From Acidobacteriota bacterium (GTDB taxonomy: Bacteria; Acidobacteriota; UBA6911; RPQK01; JADFOI01), in the NCBI GenBank assembly GCA_963663035.1, contig OY760074.1:2592001-2656000 (forward strand): a DNA stretch of 64,000 nt. The letters run 5' to 3'. A program made the position numbers and the translations under genes. Shown piece by piece: positions 8,570-18,839 of this stretch. Positions within the stretch are counted from its first letter, which is position 1. Each line of letters opens with the position of its first letter. The notes beneath the pieces are model-generated. The model saw only the letters and a program-made list of their open reading frames with translations, was not told where the DNA came from and did not search any database.

Positions 8570-10741
8570 TCAAAAGTCAAAGGAGTGGGTGAGTTTGACG
8601 ATGATTGTTCGATCGGTGAGATCCGACCTGCGCGTTTGATTGTAAACCACGAACAAATCATCGCCTAGTCGGTAGATATAGTTGAGTCGAAAGTTGATAT
8701 TGAACAGATCTTCCAGGTTGTCGTATTGGAGAGTGGTGCTGGTGAGCCACTCGTTGGTCAAGTTGTAATTGATCCCTATGTTGCTCACGCTGGAAGAAAA
8801 CTCGCCGCCCGGCAACACGACATCATCCAGCCTGTACTGAATGTCAAAGGAGAGGTTTTGTGACCACTTGATATTGGGGTCCAGATTCAGCGTGGTTCTG
8901 CTGCCATCCCAGAAGTTATTTTCTCGTTGGACCTGGAAGAAGCCACTCACTCTTCTACCCCCGTAGGAGTTGAATTGCGCCTGGAAGCGATCACTGCTGT
9001 ACGATCCAGGTGGAACCGGAATCCGTCCCCTCAACTGAAAGGGATCCTCCAGGAATTCAAAAGCCTTGGTGTAGCCAAACTGAAGGGAGTCTCCACTTTC
9101 CAATGCTACGCCGAACCTTAGGGCCTGCTCTCTTGTTTCTAAAACCTCGTCCTGGTTGCTGAGGTAACGCAAGTCGGCACCCAGCTCAAAGCGCCGGATC
9201 CATTCGCTGCTGGGTCGTGGGTTGACCTGGAAGTTCAACATACTCTGGTTCATGCCCGCCCGCGGGACGAAACCCATCTCGGCATTGAAGTTCCGCCCAA
9301 TGATCATGTGTTCCGCGTTGGCGGAAAAAAAGTCGGTTTGCCAGGTTATCTGAAGCGGTCTGGTCGCCCAATCGTCTTCATCAACTCCGGGGGTTTGAGA
9401 ACTGGTGAAGAAAGATTCCACGTGCAGGTTGTCAAAAAACACGAAATTTCCGTCCACACCAAAAACACGGTTGGAGTCGTCCTCCAGGCTGGACTGGCGA
9501 TTGGTGAGCATGGCGCCCACATTTGAACGAGACAGGAATCTTTTTCTGAACCTCAGCACCGAGAAATTACTGCCGGGGGTACCCTCAATATCGTCCGTCT
9601 GCATGTTTATGAAGCCTAAGTCCAAACCCTTGATCTGCCCGGTGAGTTTGACCCCGGCAAGAATGTCTATCGGCTCCCGACTGTCTGATAAACCGATGGT
9701 TCGACTATGAAAGAGTTTCACTTCCGGTACAAATCCCCCCGGACCGAAATCAAAAAGGCTGGCATTTTCCTGGAAGAACTCTCTTCTTTCAGGAAAGAAT
9801 ACGGAAAATCGTGTCAGGTTCACGATCTGTTGATCGACATCTGCTTGGGCGAAATCCGGATTGGCAGTGAAATCCAGGGTCAGACTGGGAGTCAGCTGAT
9901 ATTTCACATCCTCCAGTCCCACATCGAACAGATGATCCGTCTCCGCTGTTCCGTCCCTGAAGGCACGGGACGCACCTCCAGTCAAGTAGGGCTTGATGCG
10001 GAGTCTGTGCTCACTGGAAATGTTCTCCAAACCAACCAGTTCACCCGCTTGAGAGACCTGAAGGAAGTTGAAGTCGCGCCGATAATTGCTCCATACGGCC
10101 TCCTCGTTTTTTCGCCTGATGTTTCGCTTGAAGTCGATTCCCCACACTTGACTGTCCCGGTCCGGCATTCGTATGGAGTTGAAGGGGATCTCGATTTCAA
10201 CCATCCAGCCCACCTCATTTCTGGTGGCGGCCACCAGCCAGCGTTCATCCCAGTTGGAGTTTTCACGCCCTCCTTCGTCGGTGATCCAGGAGTCAAACTT
10301 GGTTCCCAAGGGATTGGTGCGAAAGAGAAAACCATCCTGATGGTTGTGAAAAGTATCCAGGATGATCTCAAAGGTATCGTCGCTCCCCAGTGAGTCATCC
10401 CGAGCTCTCTCATGGGCGATGATCCTTCCGGCTTGAGAATCCTCACACAGGACGCCAAAGAAAATGGACTCGTCATTGTAGATGATCCTAATGACGGTTC
10501 TTTCGGTAGCTGCTGTCCCTTCCTGGGGATCCCGCTGCAGGAATCCAGAGACAACAGGCGCCCCATTCCAGATTGCCTCGCTCAGATCGCCATCCACAGT
10601 CGGTGAGCCATCCACCCGCAGGGCCTGAGCGACTTTCCTGGCCGGGCCCTGCACCACCGCGGGCCGCGCCATCGCATGGCAGACACAGCTAACCCCAATC
10701 ATCAGGATAAGGACAATGACCGAGTTGACACGCCAGGGCAT
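8570..10741 (-). CDS. CBM9 sugar-binding + DUF5916 outer-membrane protein
   Basis: PTVDGDLSE..W, FEIILDTFH, NPDFAQADVD, RFSVFFPERREFFQEN and C-terminal Phe. Confidence 0.85.
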   Translation of the reverse strand: MPWRVNSVIVLILMIGVSCVCHAMARPAVVQGPARKVAQALRVDGSPTVDGDLSEAIWNGAPVVSGFLQRDPQEGTAATERTVIRIIYNDESIFFGVLCEDSQAGRIIAHERARDDSLGSDDTFEIILDTFHNHQDGFLFRTNPLGTKFDSWITDEGGRENSNWDERWLVAATRNEVGWMVEIEIPFNSIRMPDRDSQVWGIDFKRNIRRKNEEAVWSNYRRDFNFLQVSQAGELVGLENISSEHRLRIKPYLTGGASRAFRDGTAETDHLFDVGLEDVKYQLTPSLTLDFTANPDFAQADVDQQIVNLTRFSVFFPERREFFQENASLFDFGPGGFVPEVKLFHSRTIGLSDSREPIDILAGVKLTGQIKGLDLGFINMQTDDIEGTPGSNFSVLRFRKRFLSRSNVGAMLTNRQSSLEDDSNRVFGVDGNFVFFDNLHVESFFTSSQTPGVDEDDWATRPLQITWQTDFFSANAEHMIIGRNFNAEMGFVPRAGMNQSMLNFQVNPRPSSEWIRRFELGADLRYLSNQDEVLETREQALRFGVALESGDSLQFGYTKAFEFLEDPFQLRGRIPVPPGSYSSDRFQAQFNSYGGRRVSGFFQVQRENNFWDGSRTTLNLDPNIKWSQNLSFDIQYRLDDVVLPGGEFSSSVSNIGINYNLTNEWLTSTTLQYDNLEDLFNINFRLNYIYRLGDDLFVVYNQTRRSDLTDRTIIVKLTHSFDF

Positions 10742-10760
10742 TTTCGTGAATTCAGGACTG

Positions 10761-10790
10761 CTAGCCGGGATTATGCATATTCCCGGCTAG
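10761..10790. repeat. Collapsed 22-bp MITE-family palindrome with CTAG on both sides
   Basis: CTAG-CCGGGATTATGCATATTCCCGG-CTAG; matches the termini of the MITE copies; right CTAG overlaps the stop codon of the upstream DUF5916 gene. Confidence 0.75.
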
Positions 10791-11377
10791 AAATCAAAGG
10801 TGTGGGTGATTTTAAAGAGAATAGACCAGCTGCGTTCCTCGCTGGCTTGATCGAGGTCGGTCAGGCTTCGATTGAAAACCAGGAAGATGTCGTCTCCGGG
10901 CCGATAGATGTAGTTCAGGCGAACGTTCAGCCCCCACTCCTTATCCAGATGGTTGTACTGAAGGGTCGTGCTGGTGAGCCACTGGTTGGTGAGATTGAGG
11001 TCGAATCTCCCATTGGCAACGTGAGAGGTGAACGCTCCCTGGGGCAGATCTACCTTCTCCAGCTCGTATTCAAACTCAGTCAGAAACTGATCGGACCATC
11101 GCATCTCTGGTCCGAGTTGGAGCGAGGATTTCTTGCCTCCCCAAAAGTCCTCTCTGGAGATCATGAAGAAGCCGGAAACCCATCTTCCACCATAGGGACG
11201 CAACTGAAGAGAAAACTCGTCGTTCCGATAGGTTCCAGCAGGAACAGGAATTCTGCCGGCCAGAAGAAACCCATCCTCCTCCTCCAAATTTCTGGCATAC
11301 CCAAGCTCCACTGACCTTGCCCCCTAAAACGAGTCCAGTTTGAATGTTAGGATTTCCGGTTTAGGAAGGAGGCAAGG

Positions 11378-11656
11378 ATGGCAGGGAAGCGGTTTAGGGC
11401 AGAACAGATCATCATGAAGCTGCGTGAGGCAGAGGTGGGTCTGGCCCAAGGACAGAGGGTGGGACAGGTGTCGAAGCAGATGGGGGTGAGCGAGCAGACC
11501 TACTACCGGTGGCGCAAAGAGTACGGAGGGCTCCGGTTGGACCAGGCCAAGAGGTTGAAGGTGTTGGAGAAGGAGAATACCCGGTTGAAGAAGCTGGTGG
11601 CGGATCTGTCTTTGGACAAGCAGATCCTGAAGGAAGTGTCCTCGGGAAACTTCTAG
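11378..11656 (+). CDS. IS3 transposase OrfA (HTH)
   Basis: [34 protein letters not shown]; AGGAGG RBS. Confidence 0.93.
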   Translation: MAGKRFRAEQIIMKLREAEVGLAQGQRVGQVSKQMGVSEQTYYRWRKEYGGLRLDQAKRLKVLEKENTRLKKLVADLSLDKQILKEVSSGNF

Positions 11657-12549
11657 GCCCGGCGAACAGGAGACGAGCGGTGATGTGGGTACGAGAGCGA
11701 TTAGGAGCAGAGCGAGTCTCCGAACGTCGGGCCTGCCAAGTGCTGGGACAGGTTCGATCGACCCAGCGAAGGGAAAGGCAAATTCCCGATGATGAGGCCC
11801 GATTGGTGGCCCGGATGGTGGAGTTGGCTACGCAATACGGGCGTTATGGCTACCGGCGGGTCACGGCGATACTTCATGGGGAAGGGTGGAAGGTGAATCC
11901 TAAGCGGGTGGAGAGGCTGTGGAGACAAGAAGGGCTGAAAGTCCCGTCCAGACAGCCGAAACGAAGGAGGCTGTGGCTTAATGACGGTTCCTGTGTTCGG
12001 TTACGAGCGGCTCGCAAGAACCACGTCTGGAGCTATGATTTCGTGCATGAACGGACCCATGATGGGCGAGCCTTTCGGCTATTGACGATCCTGGATGAGT
12101 ACACCAGAGAGTGCCTCGCCATTGATGTGAAACGGCAGATGAATCACCAAGACGTGTTGGACCGGCTGGCGGAGTTATTCGTTGATCGGGGAGTGCCTGA
12201 GTTTATCCGGTCCGATAACGGATCGGAGTTTACGGCACAGGCGGTCCGGGACTGGCTGCAGGCTGTTGGGGTAAGGACCTTGTACATCGAGCCGGGCAGC
12301 CCCTGGGAGAATGGGTACATTGAGAGTTTCAACGGGAAACTACGGGATGAGCTGCTGAACATGGAGATCTTCGACACGCTGGGGGAAGCCAAGGTGTTGG
12401 TAGAACGCTGGCGGAGGGATTACAATCAGATCCGGCCTCACAGCGCCTTGGCCTATCGGCCGCCGGCGCCAGAGGCCAAACTACCTAGGTCGCAGGCACT
12501 GGATCCAATCCCTTGGAGTGGACTTCAAATGGTCCCGGGTCTAGCATAG
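11644..12549 (+). CDS. IS3 transposase OrfB (DDE), reached by -1 frameshift at G-GGA-AAC (11644-11650)
   Basis: WSYDF, SDNGSEF and [15 protein letters not shown] motifs; -1 frame relative to orfA; X-XXY-YYZ heptamer. Confidence 0.92.
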   Translation, partial: GKLLGPANRRRAVMWVRERLGAERVSERRACQVLGQVRSTQRRERQIPDDEARLVARMVELATQYGRYGYRRVTAILHGEGWKVNPKRVERLWRQEGLKVPSRQPKRRRLWLNDGSCVRLRAARKNHVWSYDFVHERTHDGRAFRLLTILDEYTRECLAIDVKRQMNHQDVLDRLAELFVDRGVPEFIRSDNGSEFTAQAVRDWLQAVGVRTLYIEPGSPWENGYIESFNGKLRDELLNMEIFDTLGEAKVLVERWRRDYNQIRPHSALAYRPPAPEAKLPRSQALDPIPWSGLQMVPGLA

Positions 12550-14373
12550 AGGGTGGACTCGTTCGTGGGGGCAGGTCACCACGGCATCTCCACTTTCCAT
12601 GTCCAGACCGAAGCTGACACTCTGCTCCCGGCTCTGTAAGTTTCCGTCCATATCCGTCAGGTACTCCAGGTCGGCACTGAATTCCAACTGGCGGAGCCAC
12701 TCGGCTCCGGGTCGCGGGCTGAACTCCAAGCCGACAACACTTTTTTGGATGTCGGATCGGCTGACAAAACCCACCTCAGCGCTAAAATCTTCCTCCACGA
12801 TCAAGTGGCGCGCCAGGGCGGAGAAACGGTCCGTGTCCCAAGTGAGCCAGAAAGGGACAGCAGCCCACCCATTTCCGGAGTCGCCGCTGGACTCTGATTT
12901 GACGACGAAACCCTGAAATTGGAGATTTTCCATAAAGATGAAATGGGAATCCACTCCAAAAGTTACGTTGTTCCCCTCTGCCGTGTTTTGCAAATGGGTG
13001 GCCATTGCGCCCACATAGGATCGAGCAAAGAGATTCTTTCTCAGCCGATAGGCGCCATAATTGGTGCCTGGCGTTCCTTCGTGCTCTCGGGTCTGCGCAT
13101 TCATGACTCCCAGACCCCAGCCAGGAAACTGGCCGGTCAGTCGAGCGCCAAAGAGAATGGGAATGGGCTCTGCCCTTCGCCCGCTCGTCAGTCCAATGCG
13201 CCGGGTATGCAACAGCTTGACCTCGGGTCTTCCTCTCCCCCCCGTTCCAAACTCAAACAGGCCGGCGTCTTCCAGGAAAAACTCCCGCTTTTCCTGAAAG
13301 AAAAGGGAAAAGCGCGTCAGATTGATCTGTAAGTCATCCACCTCGGCCTGGGCAAAATCGGGATTGACCGTCGCATCCAGCTTTAAGCGGTTGGTGAGGG
13401 TGTATCGGACGTTCTCCAGGCCCACATCCAGCTCTTCCTCAGTTAGCCGCTCACTCTGCGAGCTCACTCGAAGCGTCCCTCCCACAAAGTAGGGCTTCAC
13501 CTGTAAACTCAGGATCCGCACGCTGTCTGGGAGCTCAGTGAGATGTCCCGCTTGAGACACCTCCACAAACCCGTAGTCCCTTTGGTAGTTGCTCCATACC
13601 ACGGTTTCGTTCTTTCGGCGAATCTCCCTCCTAAAATCGATGCCCCAGACAGCCTCGTCCATCTGCGGTATCCGAAGGATCTTGAATGGAATCTTGATTT
13701 CCGCTCCCCACCCCCAGGAATAGACTTGAGCCGCCACTTCCCAGCGGCCATCCCACTCTTCGTTTTGAAGCTTCCCTTCGTCCGTGATGAGTGCATCCCA
13801 CAGGTTGCCCAGAGGATTGGTACGAAAGAAGTAGGAGTCTCGATGGCTGTGAAAAGTGTCCAGGACAAACCCAAAAGTATCATCGGCCTCCATATCGGCG
13901 TCACGCCTTCTCTCAGTGGCCCGAATTTGCTGCGGTGCTGAATCATAGCATCGCACAGCCAAAAAAAGAGTATCGCTGGTATAAATGATCTGCACCTCCG
14001 TCCTCTCGCTGGGTTCGCCCCCTTCGTTCGGTTCCTGTTGGCGAAAGTCGGAGATCGCAGGAGCATTGACCCATTGGGGGTCGGTGAACTCTCCATCTAA
14101 AACAGGGCCTTCTGCTACGGCCACGGCCTGAATGACTTTGGTGCTTTCCGCTGTGGCGTCTTGCTGAGCCTCTGCTGAAGAGAGTCCCAGCAGAAGGATC
14201 AGTAAGATTGTGAAGGCTTTCGTCACGGGCTGCACTCTATTCAAACTTCCCTTTCGATAGTAAAGATGGCTCAACTAATAAAGACCTTCACCCGGGTCAG
14301 GGCGTTCGCTTTTTTTTGGTGTCACGGTTGCTTTCCAGCGATTCTATGGCCAGGGAAAAAGAAGGTCAAGGCA

Positions 14374-14402
14374 CACGACTGCACGACTGCACGACTGCAC
14401 GA
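14374..14402. repeat. Tandem octamer (CACGACTG)x3.6
   Basis: Read directly; lies just downstream of the MFS gene stop. Confidence 0.85.
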
Positions 14403-14404
14403 AC

Positions 14405-15949
14405 TCAGCGCCGGGCGTGCTGGCGGGCTGATCCCGGCGGCACCAGAAAGGCCGAAGCCAGAGCCAGAAGAGAAGCCAGGAAGCCGACCAGGAAAACATC
14501 CTGCAAAACCGCCCCAAATATACCTTGCAGTCTTTCCAACAACTCCGGGGGAATCTGAGCGCGGCTGAGGGGGTTCACGATAGCATCAGGGTGGCGAGCA
14601 ATATAAGCGACCTGCTCGGTCTGTTCCGCGGCCTCCAGGGTAGCGAGTTTTGACAGCATCTGGCCGGCCATGACGGTTCCCATGATAGCGATTCCGATGG
14701 AGGCCCCAATGGTGCGAAAAAACTGGGTTGCGGAAGTCGCTATCCCCAGGTAGCTGCGAGGAAACCGGTTCTGAACGGCGATGAGCATGGAGATCATGCT
14801 GAGCCCCATTCCCATACCCATGAGAACCAACACCATCGTCAGATGTAAAGAAGTGACTTGGACCGTGATCCGGCTGAGCAGAAAAAAGCCGGTGCTCAGG
14901 CAAACCATTCCGGCAATGACCGTTTTGCGGTATCCCACGATGAGAATCAAGCGTCCCCCGATAATAGAGAAAGTCACCCAACCCAACATGAGCGGAGTCA
15001 GTGCCCATCCGGCTTCTGTGGCCCCGGTGCCCAGTACCCCCTGGACGAAGAGAGGAAGAAAGGAAATCGCTCCGAAGAGGGCCATCCCACTGAAAAAACC
15101 GTTGAGTGCGGCAGCGGTAAAGATTCGATCGCGAAAGAGGTGTAAAGGAAAAATAGGGTCAATGGCTCTCCTTTGCTGGAAAAGAAACAGGGCCAACAGA
15201 ACGACTCCTGCCATCAAGAGCAGAGACGGGTCAGGACTCGATTGGCCTCTTCTCCACTGATCCAGGCCGAAGAGAAGAAGGGAAAAGGAGACCATCAAAA
15301 GTAGAGCTCCCAGGTAATCCACCCGGCTGCGGCGTTCCTTCCTGGGCTCAACCAGGGCCAGAGTGATGATGCTCCCCGCTAAAATGCCAAAGGGAATATT
15401 GAGAAAAAATACCCATCGCCAGGACAGGTGGTCGGTGATGAGTCCTCCCAGAAGGGGTCCGACGATACTGCTCAGCCCCCATACCCCACTGAACCAGCCT
15501 TGCATGCGGGCACGACGCTCCAGAGAGTAAATGTCGCCGACGATGGTCATTCCCAGGGGAAGCAAGGCTCCCGCCCCCAAACCCTGAAGGGCTCGAGCAG
15601 CAATCAGCTGTATCATCGACTGGCTCAAACCACAGAGAACCGAACCGGAAACAAAGAGTACAATGCCGGTGAGATAGAATACGCGTCGCCCATAGAGATC
15701 GGAAAGACGTCCCCACAGAGGAACTGTTACGGTGGCCGTAAGGAAGTAAATCGAGTACACCCAACTGTACAGCTCCAACCCTCCCAGGCTTGAGATGACG
15801 GTGGGCATGGCCGTCACCACCGCCGTGCCTTCCAGGGCGCTGAGAAAAAGTCCCATCATGACTCCTGCCGTGATCCAGAGCCGCCGGCGCGGAGTCAAGT
15901 TCAAGGGGCCCACCCTCTCATGTGGGCTTGCAGGTATCTCTTGTGACAT
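14405..15949 (-). CDS. MFS transporter, DHA2 (14-TMS) family
   Basis: GRLSDLYGRR, ARALQGLGAG and WRWVFFLNIPFG; an extended -10 TGcTATAAT lies 9 nt before ATG 15949 (near-leaderless). Confidence 0.9.
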   Translation of the reverse strand: MSQEIPASPHERVGPLNLTPRRRLWITAGVMMGLFLSALEGTAVVTAMPTVISSLGGLELYSWVYSIYFLTATVTVPLWGRLSDLYGRRVFYLTGIVLFVSGSVLCGLSQSMIQLIAARALQGLGAGALLPLGMTIVGDIYSLERRARMQGWFSGVWGLSSIVGPLLGGLITDHLSWRWVFFLNIPFGILAGSIITLALVEPRKERRSRVDYLGALLLMVSFSLLLFGLDQWRRGQSSPDPSLLLMAGVVLLALFLFQQRRAIDPIFPLHLFRDRIFTAAALNGFFSGMALFGAISFLPLFVQGVLGTGATEAGWALTPLMLGWVTFSIIGGRLILIVGYRKTVIAGMVCLSTGFFLLSRITVQVTSLHLTMVLVLMGMGMGLSMISMLIAVQNRFPRSYLGIATSATQFFRTIGASIGIAIMGTVMAGQMLSKLATLEAAEQTEQVAYIARHPDAIVNPLSRAQIPPELLERLQGIFGAVLQDVFLVGFLASLLALASAFLVPPGSARQHARR

Positions 15950-15996
15950 GGAGGCGGAATTATAGCAGGCTGGAGTTTGCTTGAGCTGACTTTTGC

Positions 15997-17007
15997 ATGG
16001 TAGGCTCACCTCGGAATTATTCGATAGTGGCCCATTTTGAACCCAGCCCCGAAAATCTTATTCGTCACGATTGGAGTGATGAGGAGATCGAGGCAATCCA
16101 CAATCTACCCGTCCCCGATCTGCTGTTTCGGGCCCAGCTCGAACACCGCCGCTACCACGATCCTCAGAAGGTGCAGCTGTGCACCCTGTTGAGCATCAAG
16201 ACAGGCGGCTGTCCGGAGGACTGTGCCTATTGCCCACAAAGCGCCTACTACGACAGCGGCGTCCCTTCGCAAGCCTTGCTGGAGACGGCTGAGGTTGTAG
16301 AGGCCGCCCGCCAAGCACGGGATAACGGTTCGACTCGTTTTTGCATGGGCGCTGCCTGGCGAGAGGTCCGCCAGGGTCCTGAATTCGAACGGGTACTCGA
16401 GATGGTCGGGCAGGTCCGTGAACTGGGATTGGAGGTTTGCTGCACTCTGGGAATGCTCACGCTCGACCAGGCCAAGCGCCTGGCTGAAGCGGGACTGACA
16501 GCTTACAACCACAACCTGGATACCGGCCCTGATTACTACAGCCGCATCATTTCCACTCGAACTTATCAGGACCGCCTCCAGACTCTCGCACATGTCCGCG
16601 AGGCGGGTGTGACCGTCTGCTGTGGAGGAATCCTGGGCATGGGGGAAGGTCTGCAGGATCGGATCGCCCTGTTGCGGGTTCTTTCCCACCTGAATCCCCA
16701 TCCGGAAAGCGTTCCCATCAACGCACTGGTTCGAGTGGAGGCCACTCCTTTGGGTCATGCGCCTCCAGTGGATCCGATCGAGATCGTCCGCATGATCGCC
16801 ACGGCACGGATCGTGATGCCCAGGAGCCGCGTCCGACTCAGTGCGGGACGAACCGAAATGTCAGTGGAGACGCAGGCCCTTTGTTTCGTGGCTGGAGCCA
16901 ACTCCATTTTTAGCGGGGAGAAACTCCTCACCACGCCCAATCCTGGCATCTCGCATGATCGGGCATTGCTGGCGAAACTGGGTCTCTCGCCGCTTGAAGG
17001 ATTATGA
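15997..17007 (+). CDS. bioB: Biotin synthase
   Basis: [17 protein letters not shown] radical SAM motif, YNHNLDT, PESVPIN and RLSAGR; exact start uncertain. Confidence 0.97.
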   Translation: MVGSPRNYSIVAHFEPSPENLIRHDWSDEEIEAIHNLPVPDLLFRAQLEHRRYHDPQKVQLCTLLSIKTGGCPEDCAYCPQSAYYDSGVPSQALLETAEVVEAARQARDNGSTRFCMGAAWREVRQGPEFERVLEMVGQVRELGLEVCCTLGMLTLDQAKRLAEAGLTAYNHNLDTGPDYYSRIISTRTYQDRLQTLAHVREAGVTVCCGGILGMGEGLQDRIALLRVLSHLNPHPESVPINALVRVEATPLGHAPPVDPIEIVRMIATARIVMPRSRVRLSAGRTEMSVETQALCFVAGANSIFSGEKLLTTPNPGISHDRALLAKLGLSPLEGL

Positions 17008-18155
17008 AAGCTCTTCTTCGGGAACTGGAAAAGCAACTGGAGGAGATCCGGACCCAGAAACTCTACCGCAGGTTGGACGATCCCCAAGGCCTTGATTTTT
17101 GCTCCAACGACTATCTGGGCTTCTCCCAGGACCCCAACTTTCGCGCTGCCATTCTGGAGAAGCTCAGCCAGACTGCCGAACTGTACCCGCTCTCTTCACC
17201 GGCATCCAGACTTTTGCGCGGTAACACCTCGCAGCATCAATCCCTGGAGAAAAGACTGTCTCTTTTCAAGGGGACAGAAGCGGCCCTGATTTTCCCCACC
17301 GGATACCAGACCAATTTGGGAGTCTTAACGACCCTGATAGAACCCCAGGATCGTGTTCTTTCCGATTCTCAGAATCACGCCAGTATTATCGACGGCTTGC
17401 GCCTGAGCGGCTGCCAGAAGATCATCTTCGCTCACCTCGATGTAGGTGCGGTGGAGAAGGCTCTGAGCCGTCCCCATCCAGAGGGAAAAACTTTTCTGGT
17501 GACCGAATCCCTTTTCAGCATGGACGGAGATATCGCTCCTCTTGACACCTATGCTGAGTTGGTGGAGAGGAGTGGGGCCTACCTCATTGTGGACGACGCC
17601 CATGCGACTGGCATCTTTGGCGACGAGAGAGGCTCCGGACTGACCGAGAGGTTCCACATAGAAAAGCGAGCCATCGCCATTATCTCGACCTTCGGCAAAG
17701 CGCTGGGCCTTTTTGGAGCCTTCGTGGCAGGACCAAGGGTCGTCATCGACTCCCTGATCAACCGCAGCCGCCCCTTCATTTTTACGACAGCCGTTCCGCC
17801 CTTTCTTCTGTGGGGTTTAGAAGCGGCTCTTGACTTGCTCAGCACCCGGCCAGAGCGGCGAGAGCGAGTGTGCTTCCTGGGCGATCGGCTCCGTCACCAG
17901 TTAAAGGAGAAAGGGCTGGATACTCTCCACAGCAGGGGTCCAATCGTCCCGGTGGTACTGGGAGAAAGCGAGCGGGCTCTCATTGTCGCCGAGCGGCTCC
18001 AGAAACAGGGTCTTGACGTGCGTGCCATTCGCCCCCCCACCGTGGCACCCGGTACGGCACGACTGAGAATCTCTGTGCATGCCAATCACACAGAAAAGGA
18101 AATTGATCAGTTGGCCGAAGCTCTGGTTGGGGCGGTCGAGACCCCCAACCCTTGA
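17004..18155 (+). CDS. bioF: 8-amino-7-oxononanoate synthase
   Basis: [34 protein letters not shown] and IRPPTV; ATGA overlap with bioB. Confidence 0.95.
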   Translation: MKALLRELEKQLEEIRTQKLYRRLDDPQGLDFCSNDYLGFSQDPNFRAAILEKLSQTAELYPLSSPASRLLRGNTSQHQSLEKRLSLFKGTEAALIFPTGYQTNLGVLTTLIEPQDRVLSDSQNHASIIDGLRLSGCQKIIFAHLDVGAVEKALSRPHPEGKTFLVTESLFSMDGDIAPLDTYAELVERSGAYLIVDDAHATGIFGDERGSGLTERFHIEKRAIAIISTFGKALGLFGAFVAGPRVVIDSLINRSRPFIFTTAVPPFLLWGLEAALDLLSTRPERRERVCFLGDRLRHQLKEKGLDTLHSRGPIVPVVLGESERALIVAERLQKQGLDVRAIRPPTVAPGTARLRISVHANHTEKEIDQLAEALVGAVETPNP

Positions 18156-18173
18156 TGCAGACAGGGAAGAGAG

Positions 18174-18839
18174 ATGAGCCTGGTCGTTGTTGGAACAGGA
18201 ACTGAAATCGGCAAGACCATCACTTGTGCTGTCTTGTTGTCCCGTTACTCGGGGATATCCAGCTTGGCCTATTGGAAACCCATTGCCACCGGCTCAGCCC
18301 AGGACAGGGACAGTCTCGTGATCAAACGCCTTTGTGCTCATCAGGTCGAGATCCTTCAGGAGTCTTACCTTTTTGAACCCCCTGTCTCCCCTCACCTGGC
18401 AGCTCGGTTGGCCCGCAAGCGAATCCGTCCTGAAAGGATCTTGGAAGCACTGGGGACCTTTCAGCGTCAGAAGGGCGGACGGGCTTTGATCATCGAGGGC
18501 ATCGGCGGGCTGCTCGTACCCCTGACCGCAGGCGGTCATCTGCTGGCAGATCTTCTCCAGGAGATGTCCCTTCCCTGTTTGCTGGTCGCCTCCAGTACCC
18601 TGGGAACGATTAATCACACACTCCTGACCATTGAGGCCATGCGCTCCCGAGACTTAAACTTAGTGGGAGTGGTGCTCAATGGACCCCTCAATCGCGAGAA
18701 TCGCCTGGCCATCCAAAAATTCGGGAAGGCCAAAATGATTAGCGAAATTGAGCCCATGAAGGCCTTATCAAAGGAAAGTGTGGCGCGAGCCTCTCGTGGA
18801 TTCGATCGACGGGCCCTGCTAAAGTCGTATCTGACATGA
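18174..18839 (+). CDS. bioD: Dethiobiotin synthetase
   Basis: GTGTEIGKT P-loop, WKPI, EGIGGLLVP and LGTINHTLL. Confidence 0.95.
   Translation: MSLVVVGTGTEIGKTITCAVLLSRYSGISSLAYWKPIATGSAQDRDSLVIKRLCAHQVEILQESYLFEPPVSPHLAARLARKRIRPERILEALGTFQRQKGGRALIIEGIGGLLVPLTAGGHLLADLLQEMSLPCLLVASSTLGTINHTLLTIEAMRSRDLNLVGVVLNGPLNRENRLAIQKFGKAKMISEIEPMKALSKESVARASRGFDRRALLKSYLT

Larger units (their letters stand above)
11312..12578 (+). mobile_element. IS3-family insertion sequence, 1267 bp, copy 1
   Basis: TG...CA ends with imperfect IRs (TGACCTTGCCCCCTAAAACGAGTCCA / TGGACTCGTTCGTGGGGGCAGGTCA), 4-bp target duplication CCAC, orfA/orfB. Confidence 0.96.
10787..14274 (-). pseudogene. CBM9/DUF5916 paralog interrupted by an IS3 element
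   Basis: Removing 11312-12578 and one CCAC restores ...MESGDAV-ELGYARNL..., colinear with the adjacent paralog (LESGDSLQFGY). Confidence 0.9.
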
